Made by a program: the position numbers and the translations under genes | Source of the DNA: a bacterium | GTDB taxonomy: Bacteria > Sysuimicrobiota > Sysuimicrobiia > Sysuimicrobiales > Humicultoraceae | DNA length: 15,956 nucleotides | NCBI GenBank assembly: GCA_041497675.1 | Contig: JBGQGY010000091.1 | Coordinates: 1 to 15,956, forward strand | Direction of reading: 5' to 3' | The notes under the pieces: generated by a model | Seen by the model: the letters and a program-made list of their open reading frames with translations, nothing else | The model's database searches: none | Told to the model about the DNA's origin: nothing | Shown here: positions 6,445 through 14,462 of the stretch, one piece after another | How positions within the stretch are numbered: the stretch's first letter is position 1 | Layout: each line of letters opens with the position of its first letter

Positions 6445-8541
6445 CTACGCGCCGGCGCCATCCTCGCCGCCCGGCGTCCCCACGAAGGCGCCCCGGTGCA
6501 GCGCAACCGCGACCGGCGGGAGGTACGTGACGAACCAGTCGGTGATCAGCCGCAATCGCTCGAGCCGGTGCTGCGGCTGGCCGTTGCGCGAGAGATCGTG
6601 GCTCTCGTCGGGGAAGCGGACAAACATGACGTCGCGGCCGAGCTTCTTGAGCGCTGTGAAGAGCTGCTCGCCCTCGCCAATGGGGCAGCGCAGGTCGTTC
6701 TCGCTGTGCTCGATCAACAGCGGTGTCGTGATGTGCTTCACGTACTTGATGGGTGAGTGCTCCCAGTAGAATTCCGGGCTGTCCCACGGATCGCCGGGGA
6801 ACTCCCAGGTGCCTTTGAAATAAGCCATGTCGCTCGTGCCCCACTGGCTGAGGCAGTTGGCGATCGAGCGCATGGTGACGGCGGCCTTGAAGCGCTGCGT
6901 ATGCCCGACGATCCAGTTGGTCATGAACCCACCGTACGACCCACCCTGGACGCCGAGCCGCTCGCCGTCCAGCCAGGCAAACCGTGCCAGCGCGGCATCG
7001 AGACCGGCCATGATGTCCGCGTAGTCTTTCCCACCCCAGTCGTGGCGCGTCGCGGACGTGAACGTCTGCCCGTATCCCTGGCTGCCCCGCGGGTTGGTGA
7101 AGACGAGTGCATAGCCCTGGGACGTCAGGACCTGGAACTCGTGGAAGAACGACTCCCCGTACGCGAAGTGCGGGCCGCCGTGGATGCACAGGATCGTCGG
7201 GTACTTCTTGCCGGGGTCGAAGTCGGCGGGCGGCATGACCCACCCCTCGATGGTCCAATCATCCGCGCCTCGATACGCAAACCGCTGCGGCGTGCTGAGG
7301 GCCACTTCCGTGAGCAGGCTCGCATTCACTGAGGTCAGGCGGCGCTCGCTCGCAGCGGGAACCGACGGCCGGCCCTCGGTCAACCCATCGACGTCGGCGA
7401 TCCACACATCGCCGGGTGTCGCCGGATCGCCGATCACCATCGCGATCCGCCGGCCCGCGGCGTCATACGACTCCCCGTAGATATCACGGCGCCCGGTGGT
7501 CATCAAGCGCACCGTGCCTCCGGCGACGTCAACGGCGGCCAGTTGCGTCGTCCCGCAGTCACCGACCATCACAAACACGATCCGGCTATCAGGCGACCAG
7601 GCCGGGCGCCCGGCACGCGGGTGCGCGCGCATGTCCGATAGAAGATGGTGCATGAGCGACCGATCGTAGTGCCGCGTGAGTGGCCGTGGCTCATCGGAGC
7701 CGTCGGCCCGCACCACCCACAACACCGTGTTGGACGCGCCGACGCAGACGTTGTCGTGGCCCAGATACGCGATCATCGTGCCGTCGGGTGACCACACGGG
7801 CACCGAGATCGGCCCCTGTCCCCTGGTGAGACGCCGCAGATCTCCCGTGGCGATCGTGAGCACCCAAACGTCCGCGATGTTCGTGTAGTCCGCATCCTCG
7901 GCGCGGTTGGTAACAAACGCCAATCGCGTGCCGTCGGGGCTCCACGCCGGCTCGCGGTGATCGAAGTCGCCACTGGTGAGCTGGCGCGCCGGCCCGCCGT
8001 CGGACGAGAGCATGAAGATGTGCTTGTATCGATTGTCCCAGAAACCCTCGCCGTCGAACTTGTGTTTGATGCGAGTGATGATCTTGACGTCGCTCGCCGG
8101 CTTTGACGCCGGCGCCTTTCCCGTGAACGCAATCAGCCGGCCGTCCGGCGACCAGGTGGCCTCGGCGGGATTGTGTTCGGCCTGCGTGATGCGCCGCGCC
8201 TCGCCGCCGGCCCGAGGAATGATCCACAGATGCGCTGGCGGCTTCGCGCCTGGGCGCGACGGCGTGCCGCGATTGGAGGTGAACAGCAGGTGCTGGCCGT
8301 CAGGCGCCCAGACCGGGTCGCGGTCGCGGTGCGCGCCGGCCGTGAATTGACGCGACGTACCGGTGGACGCCTCGACAACCCACACGTGCGACCGGTATTC
8401 GTAAGCCGGCTCGTCGCCCTCCGGGCGCTTCTCGATCGTCCGAAGCGTGTAGGCGACGTCGCGACCGTCCGGAGCGATCGCCACCTCGTCGACCAGGCGA
8501 AAAGACAGTAAGTCCTCGATGGTTGTCCGGCGGGTGCTCAT
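6445..8541 (-). CDS. S9-family peptidase (beta-propeller plus alpha/beta hydrolase), 698 aa
   Basis: Repeated W(S/A)PDG propeller blades, IHGGP, NPRGSQGYG, catalytic GGSYGG, ENDLRC, ESHDLSR. ATG at 8541 with GGAGG 7 nt upstream. Confidence 0.95.
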   Translation of the reverse strand: MSTRRTTIEDLLSFRLVDEVAIAPDGRDVAYTLRTIEKRPEGDEPAYEYRSHVWVVEASTGTSRQFTAGAHRDRDPVWAPDGQHLLFTSNRGTPSRPGAKPPAHLWIIPRAGGEARRITQAEHNPAEATWSPDGRLIAFTGKAPASKPASDVKIITRIKHKFDGEGFWDNRYKHIFMLSSDGGPARQLTSGDFDHREPAWSPDGTRLAFVTNRAEDADYTNIADVWVLTIATGDLRRLTRGQGPISVPVWSPDGTMIAYLGHDNVCVGASNTVLWVVRADGSDEPRPLTRHYDRSLMHHLLSDMRAHPRAGRPAWSPDSRIVFVMVGDCGTTQLAAVDVAGGTVRLMTTGRRDIYGESYDAAGRRIAMVIGDPATPGDVWIADVDGLTEGRPSVPAASERRLTSVNASLLTEVALSTPQRFAYRGADDWTIEGWVMPPADFDPGKKYPTILCIHGGPHFAYGESFFHEFQVLTSQGYALVFTNPRGSQGYGQTFTSATRHDWGGKDYADIMAGLDAALARFAWLDGERLGVQGGSYGGFMTNWIVGHTQRFKAAVTMRSIANCLSQWGTSDMAYFKGTWEFPGDPWDSPEFYWEHSPIKYVKHITTPLLIEHSENDLRCPIGEGEQLFTALKKLGRDVMFVRFPDESHDLSRNGQPQHRLERLRLITDWFVTYLPPVAVALHRGAFVGTPGGEDGAGA

Positions 8542-8572
8542 CGACAAACCTCCGTCAGGGGTACGCGAGAGT

Positions 8573-8600
8573 CTTCGGGTTTGGGAAGCGCCGGTCCTGC
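8573..8600 (-). promoter_or_regulatory. Putative SigH-like promoter (GCAGGA-N18-GAAG) for the S9 peptidase-pduO-pilin-EEP unit
   Basis: Minus strand reads GCAGGA ccggcgcttcccaaaccc GAAG within a 63-nt intergenic gap. Confidence 0.5.
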
Positions 8601-8604
8601 CGCG

Positions 8605-9336
8605 CTACCGGCCGACCGCCAGCCGCTCGATCAGGGGGACAGGCAGGAGCGCCGCCTCCATCTTGCGTTGTGTGGCGGCGAGATCGTACGGCACCCGGTG
8701 GAGCGTGACGGACCGTTCCGCGGCATCGAACGTCACGTACGCCGCGTCACGGTTGCTGTCGCGGGGCTGACCGACGCTACCGACGTTGATGATGTAGCGA
8801 TGATCAGACCGGAGGGGTTTGGGGATCCCGGGCAGCCACTCCGCGAGGCGTACCCGGTGTCGGACCTCTTCGAACATCGCGGGCACGTGGGTGTGACCGA
8901 CAAAGGCGATCCGAAACGGATCGGCGACGAAGCTCGCGTGGGCCGTCCGCCCGTCGACGACGTATTCGTCGACAGGCTGTCGCGGGCTGCCGTGGACGAG
9001 CAGCAGGCCTTCGACCTCGTCCCGTTCGGGGAGTCCCAGCAGATAGTCACGAGTTTCTGCGTCGAGGTGCTCCTGCGTCCAGATGATGGCTTCTTGGGCG
9101 TACGCGTTGAAGTCGTCGATTGGCCGGCCGCCAACCGCCGCGCGATCGTGATTGCCGACGACGGCCGCCCGCAGCCGCCCGCGGAGCCGCGCCACGCACT
9201 CGATCGGGTCGGGACCGTACCCCACAAAGTCCCCCAGACACACGAGCGCGTCGCACCGCTGCAACTCGACGTCCGCCAACACGGCATCGAGGGCCTCGAG
9301 GTTGGCGTGCACGTCCGAGAGAATGCCGATCCGCAT
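8605..9336 (-). CDS. Calcineurin-like metallophosphoesterase (Metallophos_2/YfcE-like)
   Basis: SDVHAN, LGDFVGYG, GNHD, HGSP, GHTH, NVGSVGQPRD. Start re-assigned to ATG at 9336 (MRIGILSD). Confidence 0.93.
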   Translation of the reverse strand: MRIGILSDVHANLEALDAVLADVELQRCDALVCLGDFVGYGPDPIECVARLRGRLRAAVVGNHDRAAVGGRPIDDFNAYAQEAIIWTQEHLDAETRDYLLGLPERDEVEGLLLVHGSPRQPVDEYVVDGRTAHASFVADPFRIAFVGHTHVPAMFEEVRHRVRLAEWLPGIPKPLRSDHRYIINVGSVGQPRDSNRDAAYVTFDAAERSVTLHRVPYDLAATQRKMEAALLPVPLIERLAVGR

Positions 9337-9343
9337 CGACGGA

Positions 9344-9796
9344 TCAGTCCATCTTCCGCAGCTCACGCGCGATCTGTTCGGCCTCTAGGGGTGTGGGATC
9401 AGGTGGTGCAGGTCGCGCAACGTCGCGGGGCCGCCGGACAAACCGACGCAGGACCACGAGCCCAACGCAGAGCGCCGCCGGCAGGGTGAGCCAAATCAAC
9501 AGCCCGGCGCCGCGCCGCGGCGGGGTCGCCAGCACGTGCTCGCCGAATTGCCCCACAAAGTACGCGATGATCTCTTCGCGTGTCTGGCCCTGCTGCAGAC
9601 GCTCACGAATGATCTGGCGCATCTGCACGGCCAGGGTGCTGTTCGATTCGGCGATGGTCTGTCCGGCGCAGACGGGGCACATGAGATCCCTGGCAATAGC
9701 GTACACCTGTTCTTCCACGCTCGGCGCCGCGACGGCCGACGCGGCGACGAACGCTGCAACGAGTACGGCGATGCCGAACCGGACCGCGCGTGTCAT
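9344..9796 (-). CDS. ccmH: Cytochrome c-type biogenesis protein CcmH/NrfF
   Basis: Signal peptide, LMCPVCAGQTIAESNSTLA, YFVGQFGEHVLATPP, C-terminal TM helix. ATG at 9796 overlaps the upstream stop (ATGA). Confidence 0.9.
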   Translation of the reverse strand: MTRAVRFGIAVLVAAFVAASAVAAPSVEEQVYAIARDLMCPVCAGQTIAESNSTLAVQMRQIIRERLQQGQTREEIIAYFVGQFGEHVLATPPRRGAGLLIWLTLPAALCVGLVVLRRFVRRPRDVARPAPPDPTPLEAEQIARELRKMD

Positions 9797-10617
9797 CCCA
9801 GCGCGGTCTCGGCCCTGGCCAGCTCCCAGCGGCACCCAAGAGCGCGATAGAGTACCAGGGCGGCTGCGTGCTCGTCCAGAGCGTCACTGTCATCCTGCGC
9901 GTACAGCGCTCGCGCCAGCAGGACGCGCGCGGCGGCCTGGTGATATCGATCGTGTTGGGCGTCGAACACCGGGAGCGTCTCGCGCACGACGGTCTCCGCC
10001 CGCGCGGCCTCACCCAGCGAGAGCAGCGCGCGGCCGTAGCCGATCGCCGCCTGCGCCCGACCGTACGGATCCCGCAGGGGCCATCGCCGCCGGGCATCTT
10101 CATGCGCCGTCAGCGCCTTGCGCCGAGACCTGCGGTCCGTCGCGTATTCGAGCAGCAGGTCGCCGCGGCTCGCCTGCGCCTGGGCCAGCCATTCGTCCCT
10201 GGCCCCGCGTTTGGCCAGACGCATGGTGCGTTGCGCGTATTCGAGCCCCTGCTCGAGATAGGCGCCGGCCTCCGACGGCACGACCCACGCCAGATCGCGA
10301 TACACGCCCTCGACAAGGGTGCGATAGGGAACCGTCATGGTCTCGTCCTGGGTGCGGCCGACGACGTTGACCAGTTCACGCGCGCGCGCCAGCCCGACCT
10401 CCATGGGTTCGGGACGGCGTGAATAGCGCAGCGCCGTCGCCGTCCCCAGCAGCCAGAGGATGAGGCGATCGCCATCGCCGGCCGACCGCACGGCGCCTTC
10501 CACCGACGCGAACGCTTCGGTCGCCCGCTCGAGTGCCGGCATCCCGTCAGAGAAGAAGGCGCGAAGGGCGCTCCATGCGGCGCCGAGACGATCGACGCTC
10601 ACGGCGGCGCTGGTCAC
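9793..10617 (-). CDS. Tetratricopeptide-repeat-like helical protein (274 aa)
   Basis: GTG at 10617 overlaps the upstream stop (GTGA). Ala/Leu-rich helical repeats such as AQAQASRGDLL, AQAAIGYGRALLSLGEAARA and AAARVLLARAL...YRALG. No signal peptide or TM segment evident. Confidence 0.75.
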   Translation of the reverse strand: MTSAAVSVDRLGAAWSALRAFFSDGMPALERATEAFASVEGAVRSAGDGDRLILWLLGTATALRYSRRPEPMEVGLARARELVNVVGRTQDETMTVPYRTLVEGVYRDLAWVVPSEAGAYLEQGLEYAQRTMRLAKRGARDEWLAQAQASRGDLLLEYATDRRSRRKALTAHEDARRRWPLRDPYGRAQAAIGYGRALLSLGEAARAETVVRETLPVFDAQHDRYHQAAARVLLARALYAQDDSDALDEHAAALVLYRALGCRWELARAETALG

Positions 10618-11315
10618 GATTCCATCACCGCCACCGACCCGGCTCGCGCGCGCACGACCCACAGGTACACGAACAGACAGACGACGATGATCAGCGTGAT
10701 CAGGAACTTTGGCGCAACGCCCCCAAACCCAGCTTGCGGCTCGCCGGCAAAGGCATCGGCCAGACCGAGGAAGACCTGAAGCATCCACGCGACGAAGAAC
10801 GCCGCCGCGAGTCCGCCCCGGACGCCCGCCCGCGTCACGTAGGCCGTGGTCGACACGTGCGACAGCACCACCAGGAACCATCCAATGAGCGCAATCGCGG
10901 TAGACAACGGCGTGACGATCGGCGAGCCGACGAGCTGCAGGGTGCGGGCCACGACGGGCAGCATGCCAAGAATTCCAAACCCCGCGCCGGCCGCCGCCCC
11001 GTAAGCGATGGCCGTCGACGCGTCGGTTGCCACGAGGCTCACCGCCGCCAGCGGCGCCGTCGCCTTGAGGACCTCCGCAATGCCCGCAGCGATCATGATA
11101 CGGAGGATCAACGCCGGGGGGCCGGCGAGGCCGATCATCGGCCCCACCCCCTCATCCCACACGATGACCGGTGCTTCGCGGGCGAGAAACCATGTCGCCG
11201 CCCCCACGATGAGACACACCCAGGTCAGCGGGCGCAGGATGGTTCGCCCACACAGCGGGATCAGCGCGGCGAGCGCGAAGACCGCCGCGACAACAAGAGT
11301 CGTAGGATCGGGCAT
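10614..11315 (-). CDS. Polytopic membrane protein, PrsW/YhfC-like glutamic intramembrane protease fold with degenerate catalytic motifs
   Basis: ATG at 11315 with GAGGT SD. About 7 hydrophobic segments; AGIAEVLK, YGAAAGAGFGILG, LSHVSTT and AWMLQ occur in the order of the four PrsW motifs. Confidence 0.7.
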   Translation of the reverse strand: MPDPTTLVVAAVFALAALIPLCGRTILRPLTWVCLIVGAATWFLAREAPVIVWDEGVGPMIGLAGPPALILRIMIAAGIAEVLKATAPLAAVSLVATDASTAIAYGAAAGAGFGILGMLPVVARTLQLVGSPIVTPLSTAIALIGWFLVVLSHVSTTAYVTRAGVRGGLAAAFFVAWMLQVFLGLADAFAGEPQAGFGGVAPKFLITLIIVVCLFVYLWVVRARAGSVAVMES

Positions 11316-11325
11316 CACACAGACC

Positions 11326-11688
11326 TCACGGGAATCGCGATGGGATGGCACCGGCCCACAGCGGCCGAAGAATGTCGTTCAGTTCACGGCGCGGACGCTG
11401 GGTAGGTTCAAGCGCTGCGACCAACATCCCCCCGACCCGGCGGTTGCGCACCGCCGCAGTGTAGAAGGGCGCCCAGAACGTCTCTTCGCCGCCCTCCAGC
11501 AGCACCACGACTCGCCAGCCAACGCGGGCTTCGAGGCGGCACCGGCGGTTGGCATGAACGATCCAGGCGTCGGCCGCATCGAACTCACGCCGCAGGATCT
11601 CGCGCAGACGTGAGGTGAGCAGCGGCCGGCCCGGCCACCGGCCGGCCGGCCGCGACGTGAACGCCGGCCGCCCCCCGACCTGATTCAT
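11326..11688 (-). CDS. Hypothetical protein (120 aa, Arg/Trp-rich)
   Basis: ATG at 11688 overlaps the upstream stop (ATGA), and the ORF ends 10 nt before the next start, filling the gap. No recognisable family. Confidence 0.6.
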   Translation of the reverse strand: MNQVGGRPAFTSRPAGRWPGRPLLTSRLREILRREFDAADAWIVHANRRCRLEARVGWRVVVLLEGGEETFWAPFYTAAVRNRRVGGMLVAALEPTQRPRRELNDILRPLWAGAIPSRFP

Positions 11689-12086
11689 CTTACCGCAGCC
11701 CCCGTCATCCACACTCGCAAGATGAGCGCGAACCCGGTCAGGCTGACCAGCGCGAGGATGCGCGCTTCGCTGGTGGCCAAGTCGGCGGCGTACCGGCGCC
11801 GCAGAAATCCACCCGGCCGGAGCCCCGCCTGAATGACCGCGGTCACAGCGACCAGGCTGCCGTACATGAGATGCAGGCTGCGACGCGGCATCATCCCGCC
11901 GACCAATAGCACGACGCCTAGCACGACTTGAAACGCAATGAGCGCGACGACCACGGTGGCCAGACCCCAGTACCACGGCGGCAGGGGACGACGACGCAGA
12001 GCATACCCGCCGGCCGCCAGGGCAAGGAAAAGGTTGCCAGCAAGCGCACCATACAGGACAATTATGTTGGCGTGGACGGTTGTCAT
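11685..12086 (-). CDS. Small membrane protein (133 aa, about 4 TM) with HLMYG motif
   Basis: This is the C-terminal part of track ORF 11685..13463, whose upstream part is antisense to the oxidoreductase. Starts at MTTVHAN; four hydrophobic segments; FQVVLG and LHLMYG. Confidence 0.75.
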   Translation of the reverse strand: MTTVHANIIVLYGALAGNLFLALAAGGYALRRRPLPPWYWGLATVVVALIAFQVVLGVVLLVGGMMPRRSLHLMYGSLVAVTAVIQAGLRPGGFLRRRYAADLATSEARILALVSLTGFALILRVWMTGAAVR

Positions 12087-12159
12087 AGTCGTTGACCCGT
12101 CGACTGCGCCCAGCCGAAGCCGGAGCGGCGAGGATGTCCCCCAGGGCTCGTGATCGTTC

Positions 12160-12185
12160 GTTCCACGTGCCTGTGGGTCGCCCCT
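12160..12185 (-). promoter_or_regulatory. Putative SigH-like promoter (AGGG-N18-GAAC) at the head of the minus-strand cluster
   Basis: Minus strand reads gAGGG gcgacccacaggcacgtg GAAC. Confidence 0.35.
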
Positions 12186-12233
12186 CCTAGCTATGCCGGA
12201 CTTTGGCGAGGAGGCCAGGCGGCCGAGGTTTGC

Positions 12234-13640
12234 ATGCGCAGGCATCTCGCGGTAGTCAACCTGGTGCTGGTGACGGCGCTGATTGTGATGATCGGCGGGG
12301 CTGCGCCTGCGGCGACCGCGCTGCCGCCCACGTTTGATGTCGACGTGCTGGTGATCGGCGGATCTCCCGGCGGCGTCGCCGCGGCCGTCGGCGCGGCGCG
12401 CAGCGGTGCCAGCGTCGTGCTGGCCGAGGACGATCGGCAGTTGGGCGGCATCATCACCTCCGCGTGGTTGACGACCTTCGACATGAACATGAGCCCCGCC
12501 GGCGAGCATCTCACCCGGGGCGTCTTCCTCGAAGTCTACCGGCCGTTGGGCGTCTCGTTCGACCCGGATGAGGCCGCGCGCGCGTTTGGCCGCGCAGTGG
12601 TCCACGAACCCGGCATACGGACCATGCTCGACTCGTCGCTCGTACGGCTCATCATGAATGGCCGGCGCATCGCCGGCGCCGAGTTCTACGACCGGCGCTG
12701 GCGCCGCGTGACAGAAGTTCGCGCCAAGCAAGTCATTGATGCGACCGACGACGGCGATGTGGCCGCCGCGGCGGGCGCGCCGTGGGTTCTCGGGCAGGCC
12801 GCATATCGAGCGGACGAACGGCTCATGCAGGCCGCCACCCTGATCTTCCGCGTGGGTGGTGTCGACTGGCAGGCGGTGGCCGCCGACCTCAAACAGCACG
12901 CGGAGGTCGCCGGCCTTCAGGCCTGGGGAACGAACGGACGGGCCGGGTGGGGCTACGCGGACGAAGCAGCGCGCTATGAGCCGTCCGACCCCAACATTCT
13001 GCTCTACCCTCTCAACCTCGCACAGCAGCGTGACGGGTCGGTACTGATCAACGCCTTGAACATCACGGACACCAACGGTCTGGACCCTACCTCGACCGCC
13101 ACCGGGATGCGAAAAGCGGTTGCCGAGCTGCCGCGGGTCATCGCGTTCCTGCGCCAGACGATCCCGGGATTCGAGCAGGCCTACCTGCTCGATCACGCCC
13201 CGTCGCTCTACATCCGGGAAACGAGGCACGTCGAGGGCCTCTACACGCTGCAGACCGAGGATATCCTGACCCACCAGATTTTTGACGACCGTATCGCGGT
13301 GGCATCGTATCCGATCGACATCCACGCCTACTACACCGGATGGACGAATCCCCACCGGCCGGATGCGAGCGTCTACACGATTCCGTTCCGCGCGATCGTC
13401 CCCAACGGCGTGGACAATTTGCTGGTGGCCTCGCGCGCATTTTCGGCCACGAGCGAGGCGCACGGTTCAGCCCGCGTGATCCCTACCACGATGGCCCTGG
13501 GGCAGGCGGCCGGCGTGGCGGCGGCATTGTGCGCCAAGCGGGGATGCACGCCGCGCGAGGTCGCCGGCGACTGGGCGTTACTCTTTGCGGTGCAGCGCAC
13601 GCTGATCGGGCAGGGGGCCTATCTCGGCAGCAAGCCCTAA
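12234..13640 (+). CDS. FAD-dependent oxidoreductase (FAD_oxidored family) with N-terminal signal peptide
   Basis: ATG at 12234 after GAGGT. Signal-like MRRHLAVVNLVLVTALIVMIGGAAPAATA; DVLVIGGSPGGVAAA, IDATDDGD, YIRETRH, YPIDIH, YTIPFR, NLLVASR, RVIPTTMALGQAAG. Confidence 0.92.
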   Translation: MRRHLAVVNLVLVTALIVMIGGAAPAATALPPTFDVDVLVIGGSPGGVAAAVGAARSGASVVLAEDDRQLGGIITSAWLTTFDMNMSPAGEHLTRGVFLEVYRPLGVSFDPDEAARAFGRAVVHEPGIRTMLDSSLVRLIMNGRRIAGAEFYDRRWRRVTEVRAKQVIDATDDGDVAAAAGAPWVLGQAAYRADERLMQAATLIFRVGGVDWQAVAADLKQHAEVAGLQAWGTNGRAGWGYADEAARYEPSDPNILLYPLNLAQQRDGSVLINALNITDTNGLDPTSTATGMRKAVAELPRVIAFLRQTIPGFEQAYLLDHAPSLYIRETRHVEGLYTLQTEDILTHQIFDDRIAVASYPIDIHAYYTGWTNPHRPDASVYTIPFRAIVPNGVDNLLVASRAFSATSEAHGSARVIPTTMALGQAAGVAAALCAKRGCTPREVAGDWALLFAVQRTLIGQGAYLGSKP

Positions 13641-13885
13641 CGGCCGAGGATCGCGAGCACGACTCGGACACCGATCAATACCCACCCAGCGATCACGATA
13701 ATCCATGCGATCTTCCGGGCCAACCCCGTCAACAACACAAACACCGTCAGCACCGCTAAGAAGCCGATCGGATCGACCAGGTCAACGGGGATTTTCGCCT
13801 GCGGGACGATCCGCTGGACGAGGTTGACGATCCCGTTGCCGGCGGCGTGCGCCAGCGTATAGATGAACTGCAGGAGGTCAGTCAC
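13637..13885 (-). CDS. Small membrane protein (82 aa, 2 C-terminal TM helices), unknown function
   Basis: GTG at 13885 overlaps the NUDIX stop (GTGA). MTDLLQFIYTLAH...IGFLAVLTVFVLLTGLARKIAWIIVIAGWVLIGVRVVLAILGR. Confidence 0.75.
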   Translation of the reverse strand: MTDLLQFIYTLAHAAGNGIVNLVQRIVPQAKIPVDLVDPIGFLAVLTVFVLLTGLARKIAWIIVIAGWVLIGVRVVLAILGR

Positions 13886-14400
13886 CGCACGTCCCGCAGC
13901 ACGCGTAGGGCCTCGCGGCTGTTCTGAAACGCGATGGGTTCGGGTAGTCGCACCAGGGGAAACCACGCCGCCTCACTGACATCGCTCGCCGGCGAGATCT
14001 CGCCGCTCACCATAACGGCCTCGTAGTAGACGTTCAGCGTCGATTCGCCGCCGTCGCCGTACTCGTCCATGAAGATGCCCACAAATCGCACGATTTCGAC
14101 GTCGAGCCCCAGTTCCTCGCGCATCTCCCGCCGCACGGTGTGCTCGGGATGTTCATCGGGGTCAACGAACCCGCCCGGGCAGTCCCACTGATCCCGGTAC
14201 GGCTCCTTGGCCCGGCGGACGAGGAGCACTTCGACCGCACTGTCGGCGCGTCGTCGTGTGATCAAGGCCGACGCGGTCGGCTTGGGATTCTGCCAGATCA
14301 CCAGACCGCATCGTGTGCACACCGGTTGGGGCAGCCGCTCGTCTTCGAGACGGCGCCACTCTAGCGGACCGGCGCAGTGGGGGCAAAATCGCAGTGTCAT
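13882..14400 (-). CDS. NUDIX hydrolase with N-terminal zinc ribbon
   Basis: ATG at 14400; FCPHC...CTRC, NPKP, Nudix box GGFVDPDEHPEHTVRREMREELG. Confidence 0.92.
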   Translation of the reverse strand: MTLRFCPHCAGPLEWRRLEDERLPQPVCTRCGLVIWQNPKPTASALITRRRADSAVEVLLVRRAKEPYRDQWDCPGGFVDPDEHPEHTVRREMREELGLDVEIVRFVGIFMDEYGDGGESTLNVYYEAVMVSGEISPASDVSEAAWFPLVRLPEPIAFQNSREALRVLRDVR

Positions 14401-14436
14401 GAGAAACTGAGCGGGACGCGCCTGCGCGCGTCCCGC
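14401..14436 (-). terminator. Probable intrinsic terminator or stabilising hairpin downstream of hup
   Basis: Perfect 11-bp stem GCGGGACGCGC-(GCAG)-GCGCGTCCCGC at 14411-14436, followed on the minus strand by TCAGTTTCTC (weak U tract). Confidence 0.65.
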
Positions 14437-14462
14437 CAGATCCCGTTGCGGATGATCGAGGG

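Noticed and set aside
6438..6457. CGCCGGC-N6-GCCGGCG hairpin around the S9 peptidase stop codon
   Set aside because: All-GC stem with no U tract; likely chance at this base composition.
7580..8320. Repeated W(S/A)PDG-encoding segments as a DNA repeat or array
   Set aside because: These are ordinary beta-propeller blades of an S9 peptidase, degenerate at the DNA level.
12100..12225. Partial resemblance to SAH (GAGGA...CCAGG.CTCG) and ZTP (CTGGGC) riboswitches
   Set aside because: The core conserved segments (GAGCGCTGC; ACTGGCG with CGCCTGGGC) are missing.
12087..13463. N-terminal ~460 aa of the 592-aa track ORF 11685..13463 (-)
   Set aside because: It is the antisense shadow of the FAD oxidoreductase. 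Only the last 133 codons look like a real protein.
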